Source: Chlorokybus atmophyticus
Taxonomy: Eukaryota; Plantae; Mesostigma and Chlorokybus algae
Direction of reading: 5' to 3'
Assembly: GCA_009103225.1 (NCBI GenBank)
Contig: RHPI01002533.1
Span: 1,171,842 to 1,235,841 of the forward strand
DNA: 64,000 bases
Positions 37,194-46,699 of this stretch are shown one piece after another; the stretch's first letter is position 1, and each line of letters begins with the position of its first letter. The notes under the pieces were generated by a model. That model searched no databases, had not been told where the DNA came from, and saw only the letters and a program-made list of their open reading frames with translations. Both the position numbers and the translations under genes were made by a program.

Positions 37194-40100
37194 TCAAGGC
37201 GGGGGCCAAATCTCCGCCGACACGTTGACGTCTCGCATCAGGCGTGGCGACCAAAACGGGTGAGGTTGCTTGCAGAAGGGACACGCTTGTAGATTCCTCG
37301 ATTATTTGCCACGGTCGTCTGATGTGCTATGATGCAGACATGGCACATCGCTTTCTTGCAACAGGGCGTCTCCCCATCCGCTGGGGGGGGTGGCTCTTCA
37401 ATGCGACAAATCAGCACACATGGTGCACGCGGGTGTGCAAGCCGCCTCTGCCACCAAACTCTGTTATCGCGTTGCAGGCGTAACGACTCCCATCTAAATG
37501 GCGCAGCATAACGCTCCTCTGCCTACTCGATCACCTGTTGCCCATCCTTCGCCATACACCACCTGCTGGTTTTGGTGGTCTCGTCCAGCATGCGTTCATC
37601 AAGGCCCTCGACATGGCTGTCGTCACTCGTGTACTCCCCCGCAACGCCATTTTCTTCGAGCTTCCACAGAATCAGCTCAACGTGCCGTATGACATACAGC
37701 CACTGCCAGCCAAAGCATGCCAAGTACAGCTCGAATGGTTTTACTTGCCACCCAGTATGTTTGCTCAGGTAGTGGCACACATCTCGACCCGCATCAGTCG
37801 ACATCGACAGTACATCTGCTGCAGCAGATCAAAGATCTGCTCCGCGGATAACTCTTGCACATTGCCGGGTTGCTGCGGCAGCAACAACACCATCATATTG
37901 AGAATGGCGAGGGGCAACAACGTACTACGGATGGCCATATTGTATCGTGTATGGGTTCCAACCACGGCCAATCCCCAGAGGTCTATTTAGACCGCACTCT
38001 CCGCGTTTGCTGCCACTTATTGCATACTTTTGTCACCCACCTCGAGGCATGCCGCATGCGGTGATGCAGCGCGTCTTGGGCATATTGTAGGGCGATCAAC
38101 TCCTTTGCACTACGAGTCAGCCCCTTAAAGCGTCTGTGCGTCGGTGCTTTGAGCTTAGGCAGCTCGTGCCGCACCGGCTGTCACTCTGGACAATGCTGAG
38201 CAGCCACTTGACGCTGTAAACCCGCCTGTGCCTACTCAGGACACACAGTAAGCCCCAGTGAGGCTTCAAGGCGCTGTGCTTCTTTTAACGTTGTAACAAT
38301 GCCTCACCTTTCCTTTTTTGGTCCTGTCAGCGTCCTTGGTTCAACAACCTTCTTCTTTTGTTTTTTGTCAACCTACACATCCTGGCAGGCGCTCTCCGTG
38401 GCACTGTCACTCTGAGGAGGCAAGGCGTTATCTTCTTGCTCGACAGTCTTGCGCTTGTTGGTTGCCTCCCGTTCCTCCACGACCTCATGTTGCTTCATGA
38501 GGTCGAGCATGAAGCCTTTGTCTTTCAGCGCAGCTTACAAGACACCTCGATCAATCTCTTTACCACCAAGACAGGCTGGGATCAATGTGGCAAGCTTAGA
38601 GGGAGAGGGCGAGCTACAGCTGCTTCTTGATGGAGATGCCGCAGGATGGTCAGAATGCGGTGGCAAGTGAGTCTCCGCGGCAGGAAGGGAGGGTGCTGAA
38701 TTGTTATTGCGAGCATGTGGCTGTGGTTGAGGGGAGGCAAGATGTGCAGAACACTCGGCTACTTCTTGCCTAGCACACGAAGGTGAGGCCTGAGGCGTTG
38801 GCGCAGCACTCTGGGTCACAGCCGGTGGTAGCGGGGAATCGGCAAAGCCATTCCGCCACTCTCCGATCAGGTGTGTTACCTCCGGTGGCACTTCATGCAT
38901 AGGCCACGACCACTGTTCGGTGCTTGCAGGCTTGAGAAGCCAAAAGTGTGCTTCTGGCTCATCAGGAGCAGTGTTGCCCACCACCAGAACTGAGTCGGGG
39001 GCTTCTATATTTCCAACCCAAAGTGCGCTGCTGGGCCGTGGCACCCACTCCCCAGGCTTGCGCTGAACGGTCACGCAGCCAATCAACAAGCCCAGCTTGT
39101 TGGCAAACATGGTCATCTGTAGGTGCTCGACGTACACATCTTTTCTCCGCACGATCTGTCGCACCTTGGCCATGGCTATGTCAATGTTGCAATTGACATC
39201 AGCCAGCATGGTCGCAGGCAGATTGTCGTAATACTGCGCCATCTCTCCCGCGGCACCAGTGGCTCTGCAGAAGTTTAGGATTCTGCTCGCCACGCCTGCA
39301 TCGACAGCCTTGGCGGTGATGTTGCGGAGAGTGTCCCCCCTGCCGTCGTCGTCCATGGTGTCCAGCCCTGGCCCAAAATTTGCTCGAGCTGGGGCACTTG
39401 TGATCATCCAGGACACTTTGCACTATGGATGGCCTGGCGTGAAATACACAATGGTAGAAGCAATTACCATCCGTTGGCGCATTGAAGTGGTCCCATGAGG
39501 CGAGCTGGCCACCTAGCATGACTGATGGCCGTATGCGAGTTGCGGCCAGCTTCTTTGATGACTCGCGGGCAGGTGGTGACCCTTGCTGCATGCGTATACA
39601 GCACTCAAATGGTGTGTCCAACTGTGGACGGCAAGAATCACAGTAACTGATAAAGTACCTGAGTTTGGGGCAGACTGCCGGCTTCAACTTGCAGCGGGTG
39701 GGGTAAGGTAGGTGCAGAAGCCACATCGGTTGTTGCATTGTGCTGTGGTCTTGCCGGTGGCGGCATGAAGGATTGTTGCCCCGCAATCACCGATGCTGCT
39801 CGTGGAGGAGATGGCAGTGCATGAAGGACTGGTACCGCAGAAGGTGGTTGCGCTCTGGCTGCGAGGGGAGCATGAGCGGCAGGTGAGACCACTTGTGCAT
39901 GCAGCAAGGGGGGCTGTATACTGGGCCCAGGATAAGATGGCTCACAATGTTGCAAAGGACGAATATAAGCTTATGCAATGCCTGACGCATTGTTACCAAG
40001 GCATGAGCATAAAAGACAGCGACTTACCTCAATGGCCCGTGGGCTGCATGGAGCAGGGGAAGCCATGGGGGCTGACAAGGTGGTATTGGGTGCAGTCTCT

Positions 40101-41220
40101 CTGCCACCCTCGATCGCAGACTCGTCATGGAGCTCGTGAGCCATGGGCACATCATGCGCCACTACCCCAATGGACATGTCGGGCTTGAACACGCCAACAT
40201 GCATGTTAAACTGATGCCGCATTGCCGCCGCGCCCATCAGCAAGTGGGATTGAAGGACCGGTTCATGGGATGAATCCAGGCTTGCATAGGAGCTCCAACA
40301 GGCCATATTGCACTGTGGTGCTGTCAACCAATCACATGTGGGTTAGCTGCATGCTTGCGACTGCAATTGCAATAGTCAACTGCGTCACACCATCATCAGT
40401 TGGTTGCTTCGAACAATCACCTGCGGCATTGCTGGTTGATGCACGAATGATTGCATGGACTGCGTCATTGCTGGTTGATGCACTATTGGTTAAATGCCGG
40501 ACGAATGGCCACGCGCTCCTGTGCTCAAACCCAGCATACTACGTTCGGCACACGCGCGCGACTTCGCACGCTCACGCACATCCTAGCATGCAAAGGTAGG
40601 CATGCATTGGAGGTGCATGTGGTCAACATGCACAGCGAGATTGGCAACAACATGCCGCCCAGCTCTGTCTATCTGCTCTGGCTTCCAATGTCGGCTTGAC
40701 TGTAGGGTGGGTATGGGTGAATAGTGGAGGCCTGCAGCCACGCTACATGTATCACATGGACTGCGCTAAAAAACAAATTGCTCTTGCAAGGAATTGCACG
40801 TGATTGTTGAGCGTACCGCTGCATTCCTTTGTGCTTGTTTCCACAGCCGCAATTGGTCCCGCATGCTTCTGACAAGGGGCTCCAAGGACTGCAGCTCCTG
40901 ATCCACTCCTTTTTGCAAAAAGCGAGCCACCAAGCAGCTCTATGTGTGAAGATGGTCCTTAATGGCTTGCCTGCTGGTTTGTCCAATGTTGGTGATGCAT
41001 GTTGGACAGCCCCATTGCTGACGCCTGCCATGATCCATGACGTGGCGTCCGGTAGTAGCTGGCTTCGCTGCTTGAACTCTTACGACCACAACTTCTCGCA
41101 AGATGCGCCACGCCACCGCCGCCGCCGCCTCCTCCGACTCCTGGTCCTCCGCCTCCTAGTCGAACCCAGGCCCACTATGCCTGACATTCGACTCGTCATA
41201 GACTTGGTGCCCCTGCGTGC
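37194..41220 (-). pseudogene. Large multi-exon gene: zinc finger - Pro-rich linker - OTU-like cysteine protease - basic/NLS-like region - C-terminal RING-like finger
   Basis: CPTC...KDHLHT*SC (about 40950-41000); APTDGNCFYHCV (Cys at 39460-39462) through EAHFWLL (His at about 38946); KKQKKK; C-terminal CVLIC...TPCCKKAMCHVC...CPFCKQP. The frames read through isolated TAA/TAG stops. Confidence 0.6.
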
Positions 41221-41293
41221 TATCATCCGACCATCAATGAAGCGTGTTTGGGTGAATGCACGCTAACTCCCATTTGGACTGATCGAGCAATGC

Positions 41294-41449
41294 CTCTGTC
41301 GTACCATGAATGGTACGACAGAGCCATTGTACGGCAATGGCTGGGGTTGGACAAGAGATGCTTCTGTCGTACCATAAATGTTACGACACAACCATTGTTA
41401 CCAATGGTTGTACGAAGCATGGATGGCACGAATGCATAAGTCGTACCAT
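41294..41449. promoter_or_regulatory. Second cluster of GTCGTACCAT/ATGGTACGAC palindromes in a divergent intergenic region
   Basis: Perfect 14-bp inverted repeat CTCTGTCGTACCAT-ga-ATGGTACGACAGAG (41294-41323), a near-perfect copy at 41365-41388, and a half-site at 41440. Confidence 0.6.
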
Positions 41450-41616
41450 TAACCACAGGAGCAAGGACGCACTACAAGTGCAACTCTAGTGCGGGACACT
41501 AGACGTTCAAAACCGCCTTATTTTCGTTTTCGCGCCTCGTACATTCGGGCGGGCCAACTGGAGGCGGCAGCGCCACCATCAGCTAGACAGGCGGCACCCG
41601 ACTATTAGTTAGAGAG

Positions 41617-43447
41617 ATGCCTCGTGGTCCATCCGTAGGTGCACCTCGTCGTGGAGGTCGGCGCCAGTTGTTCACATTGCCCCCAGTGTTCAACCAGGCA
41701 ACCGTCGTCGCCAACCAATCGCAGCAAAACCCCGCGCTAACCCCCAGCACATCACAACAACTCCACCTGACACCGCAGTAGCAAGGGCAAGCTAGACTGC
41801 ATGCGTTTTTGATGCACTGTGCACGTTGCTTCTTGCTCAACTTCTAAGTTGGATGCTTGCTTCTTTCATGACCGGCACAGTGACTCACTCAATGCGTTTC
41901 GGATACATTGTGCACATTGTTCTTTCGCAATTGTGAGGGTTGCATCTTTCATGGCTGGCAGCATCTCATGTGGTTGTGCTTGCAGAGGGTCGATTGGAAC
42001 CCCCAACCCAAACTCGTTTCGCCGTGACGTGGCAACCTCGGCCTGTCAGCAACCCTTCCCCAAGCAAGTGGAAGATTGGCAACGAGGTAAGCACTGTGTG
42101 ACACTATGACACCGTGTGTATGTGTGTAACGGATTGTTCTTCTGTGGACAGCATTTGCGAGATGCCGTCGTTGAAATCATAAACGGCTACTGGGTAGAGA
42201 GCCACGTTTATCCCAAGGAGGACACTATTCGTAACGTCATGTGTCAGGTGCTGTGAATGCTTCATGACCGCACTGCACCATGACACTGACCAGCCTGCCC
42301 GTGACAGGTAGTTGGCTTCGACCATGACGACGAGGCCGATGCGGCCAAGTCCTATGAGGTGTACTGGACTCCCCAGGAGTGCCCCTTCCACTGGAGTGTC
42401 GCCTTGAAGAAAGCTATGCAGGTCCGGTCTGAGAACGTCACCAAGATCAAGCATGTCATTGAGAAAGAGTACAAGTGAACACTTTTTAACAGCAACAAGC
42501 GCAAGTGAGTTGGGTCCCTCACCACCATGTCTGCTATGCAACACTGCCTTCTTACTCAGCCTCCATACACACGTACGCATCTCGCATATTGTAACCGATT
42601 CAATCAGGCACATTGACGCCCTAATGGACCCCGAGACCCAAAAAGCCCAGATGCGCAGCGCGCTCCAAAGTAAGTCACATGCACTATTCTAGCCTAGTGC
42701 AGGCTCAACTTGAACTATCTATAACGTGGCCAATGCCTTGTTGGTATGACTGTCGCAGACAAGTCATGGCGGAGATTTGAGGTGATCGACAATGCAGACC
42801 CGGAGCGGAAGAGATACATTCATGAATGAATGGGGCAATCCCATAATTTGGCAAATAATCGTGCAATGCTGGTCTTACGCCGTCACTACACCTGGTCGCC
42901 GGCAGCTGACAGCCAACCACCTTGCATACCTGTTGCTTACGGTGAGCACACTGAACTCCATCATTAGCAATTCCGGAATGCTGTAGCCCCAAACTACAGG
43001 CTTGCAGACGCGTTGCAGTGAATAGTGGCTTGCGATGCCACTAAGACATGCATGTAAACTACGCAGGTGGAGCGCATCCTTAAGGGCAAGGATAAAGACC
43101 CTCTCCTAGCTGCCAGCATCGACACACATGAAGAGTACCTCAGCGAAATCAACACCATGATCATGTTAATGATGCGGGAGATGAGGCAACGGTACGCAGC
43201 CCTCCAGCCATTCACCCTTGTGAAACGCCGCACTGCATCTTGTGTCGATTACCTAAAAGATCTCAATCGGCGTCGGGCGCAAGAGACAGCAGCTCGTGAC
43301 CCGCTCGCAAAGGCAGAAGCGGCATTTGATTGGCTGACACAACCGTTTGAGGAGGAAGAGCAAGCTCCGGAGTCTCCTCCACAGGCCCCAGCACGTGGTG
43401 CTTTGTTCCATGATGACGAGCAAAGCGACGATGGAGAGGAGCTGTAG
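41617..43447 (+). pseudogene. Unknown multi-exon gene at the right end of the insertion (weak resemblance to DUF6532-type transposon-associated proteins)
   Basis: GT-AG-bounded exons HLRDAVVEIINGYWVESHVYPKEDTIRNVMCQ, YEVYWTPQECPFHWSVALKKAMQ, FMNEWGNPIIWQIIVQCW..HLAYLLLT and VERILKGK..EEYLSEINTMIMLMM. The family assignment is only a pattern impression. Confidence 0.45.
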
Positions 43448-43817
43448 CGCAGTTGGTAGTCCGTTTAGCTGGTAGTGTACATAGCTACACGTGTCTTGTG
43501 ACTGAGTGTTGTGCATCGTAAACCAGCTCAGTCAATCGCCATTATGCTCATGCATGTCAATATTTGCATCCTTATGATACACAACGAAACTGCATTCGAG
43601 TCATATAATCGAACTACAAGCCTTGGCAAGTGACTGAGAGACATTGTACACATTTCAGGTACATGTACACAGCACAGGCACATAACAATGCTGGCAGTCA
43701 GTAACAGTCGCGTGTAGTCAAGGTATGCAAATACATATGATGACAGTTAGGCATTGGTCACCTTCAGTTGTTAAAGAATGCCTTAGTTTGTCAATAATTA
43801 CCTAATTGGTGCTTGTG

Positions 43818-44070
43818 AATTAGGCTTAGTCGCCTGCGCTGGACTGGTGTGTATCCTGCAGGTGCCTGTCACATAGGCTGAGTCACCTAAGTAAGATTGA
43901 TGTGTAATTTGCAAGTGCATGCTAATTAGGTGTAGTCACCCGTTAAAGCCTGATGTGTAACTTACAGGTGCCCGTTGATTAGTTGTAGTCACTTAGTAAG
44001 GCCTGATGTGTAACTGACAGGTGCCTGTTAATTAGGCATAGTCAACTGTCAAAGACCTATTTGTAACAAA
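43818..44070 (+). repeat. Degenerate 53-bp tandem repeat (about 4.7 units) near the right end of the insertion
   Basis: Unit approximately aattaggYRtagtcac..gcctgatgtgtaactkacaggtgccygtt. The aattagg anchor recurs at 43818, 43924 and 44030 (period 53). Confidence 0.85.
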
Positions 44071-44205
44071 AAGGGCCTGATAGTAACGGAAGTTACTACT
44101 AGGTCCCTGTATCAAGATTACAGATGGATTGAGCTACGACAGTCTAATTAAGTATCCTCAGGTGCACGGCTGTTGCCAATATTTAGCCGGCAGGGAAAAC
44201 ATATT

Positions 44206-45603
44206 GCTCTGAGAACTACCGATGGGAAGATGGACTCGTCTTTCGGCATGTCCACATCCATGACAAGGATGTTCCAGCGCCGCACCGGCGCGAGGGCATC
44301 ATCTCTGCACTCCACACAGAGTTGGGACACTCTGGTATCAAGCGCACCATCAGCTTGGTGAGTGCCCAATACTGGTGGCATGGCATGCACACCCAGGTTC
44401 GCACCTTTGTTGCAAACTGCACGCATTGCGATCCGGTGCGTGCCAGCCTCAACACCCGCACGCTGCATCCACTGCCTATCGCCGGCATGTTCTATCGGTG
44501 GGGACGAGACATCCTTGGAGATCTAGCACTCTCAGCTCGAGGCAACAAGTACATTCTCGTCATGATCGAGCACTTTTCCAAGTGGGTTGAGCTGGTCCCC
44601 CTTCCCGACAAAAGCAACAGAGGAGCCGCTCAGGCTTTCCTCCACCATGTGCTTAGTCGCTTCGGCTTATGCACTGAAGTCATCACCAACCAGGGAGCGG
44701 AGTTTTGCGGCAAGTTCGACACCTTGCTAAATCGCTCCTACATCGACCACCGGCGCACCTCCCGTGACCATCTACAGGCGGATGGGCTGGCGGAATGTAC
44801 TGTCCAGACAATCAAGAAGGCCTTGCGCAAGTACGTCATCGACCACGAGTAGCGCACCTGGGATGACTACCTCCCCTGGATAGGATTGGGCTATCGGCTT
44901 TCCAGGCAAGCTGTTTGCGCATGTACAGCCCGTATCAGCTGCTGTTTGGCAGGGAACCCTTACTCCCCTTCCACGCACGAAAGGAGGTGGGACGCGTGCT
45001 GGACAACCTCGACAACCCTGTGGCTGCACGACATGCAACAGCGCGCCTACCTGTTCGCACACGTCATCCCCATGGCCATGGGCAATCTCCGCATCGCTCA
45101 GCCCCGGGACACACTGCGCTATGAACGCGTCCGCAGTGGGTTCTACAATTAGCGCAGTTGCCGCTTCAAGGCGAGCGACTATGTCTACCGCATGAATCAA
45201 ACCAAGGACACCCTTGACATCAGTGTCGAGCGTGTCGTCTACAAGGTCTTGAAGGTACTCCCCTCTGGTATGCTGCATTTACGCGGCAACAACGGCGAGC
45301 GCCTCAAGGACAGCATGGAGAACTGTGCTCCATGTCAGCTGCCACACATTGCAGGCTTCGACGTCATTCAGCACCCTCGACCCAGTCGCAGCAAGTGTTG
45401 CGTGAAGGGTGGCAATGCCGATGACGCACTCATGATGTTGTGCGGTGGCTGCAACAACGGTATGCACTGCTACTGCCTCGACCCGCCAAAACACTGTGCC
45501 TGTGGAGGCATATTAGTGTGAGGACTGCCGCGTCCGTGGTCCTCCTCATTCTCGATGAAGACTGCTCACTGAAGCAGAGACTTCCCCAGTTCACAGGGGG
45601 GGG
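44206..45603 (+). mobile_element. 3' part of the DNMT-bearing Ty3/gypsy: integrase, C-terminal PHD finger and PPT
   Basis: ENYRWEDGLVFR; HTELGHSG..YWW..CTHC; FYRWGRDILG; EHFSKWVELVP; TNQGAEF; QADGLAEC; PHD-like C..C...LMMLCGGCNNGMHCYCLDPP (45390-45520); AGGGGGGGG at 45595-45603 followed by TG. Confidence 0.88.
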
Positions 45604-46699
45604 TGGCTTGTTGACTTGCTCTTGTTAGCATTATCAGCCACGCATTTCCATCACTTAGGGCGCACAGCACCACATCGTACCACATGTCGTCAGCCTCACA
45701 TGTGTTTCCCCCACAAGTAGGTATAGGCAGGGGGGGATTCTTTGCCTTCCGTACTGTGCAGCTACACGACCAACAGTCCACAAGGCTGGCCTCATTCCCC
45801 ATCATGACAATACGATTGAGAGCGACCTGGAGGGGCACGCGACCCTGCCAGGCCCAACACCCCTCCCCACTAAGAAAAACCGTATTGCGAACGATCATAT
45901 CTTGCATTAGTAAAACAATCAGGCCGAGAATAGTAAGCAGACACATTGGTAAATCATGTTGAATTCGCACACAAGAAGATTGTCGGTATGTTACGATAGT
46001 CAGGAGCTGGGTGTAATACATAAGCATATAAACATCCATAATTACCACCATGGTCTTTTATGGCTTGGATGGCCGGACCCCTACTATAACACGGTATGTA
46101 CGATGCGATGTTGTGACGTCACAAAGTCACGTCATACATACATCATAATTGTTTACAAATGGTGTGTATCTAATAGCTTTGCATTATTAGATCAAAAGGT
46201 TGTCATGTATTTGTAAAAATATGTGCACATGTGCAACATATAGCTGTCCGCAAACGTGGATGAACGGTTTAATGACATGTGCTCCTCGATCGGCTTCATG
46301 TTACCATGTTCATTACGTGCTTTAGTACAGCACGCTACATATGGACTACCACTTAATTTAAGTGATACACAATCACATCAGCATGCTACATGTGCTCGGG
46401 AGTGATGTGTCACAACAAGGAACGCAAGTTGCTTTCATATAAGTCCTGGATATTGCGCCAGCTTGCTATGTCAACTCGTTCGACAACGGGGTGTGATAAC
46501 CAACCACCGAGCGATTTTAAGTGTTGTACACTTGCATGTAGCATGCATGTATATATACATGTTCCGCTGTACATACAACCTATCAACCCAAACCGCTTTA
46601 GCGACCTGCTTGATATCGAATCGAACACCAAGGGAACACTTAGTCACAAACTAAGGCTTGACCGACGTCCACCACTAGCAGCACCCATATCATCGTGAG

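Larger units (their letters stand above)
29753..44205. mobile_element. About 14.4-kb Plavaka-type DNA transposon with chromatin/ubiquitin cargo genes, inserted in the DNMT-bearing Ty3 element
   Basis: Boundaries come from the interrupted retroelement reading frame (..RDRVRQ at 29752 and SENYRW at 44208). Contains a Plavaka transposase and four further genes. Exact termini and TSD are ambiguous. Confidence 0.75.

Noticed and set aside
41470-41503. CACTACAAG...TAGTG / CACTAG as CACTA termini
   Set aside because: No matching partner end or TSD was found, and the interrupted retroelement frame puts the boundary near 44205. It remains possible only if an inner element exists.
43818-44070. Regularly spaced repeat as a CRISPR array
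   Set aside because: The units are contiguous and degenerate along their whole length, with no unique spacers and no cas genes, in a eukaryotic context.
24889-45617. 15-nt identity GTGGCTTGTTGACTT at 24889 and 45603 as the start of an LTR pair
   Set aside because: Similarity does not extend beyond 15 nt, so the LTRs of the DNMT-bearing element could not be delimited.
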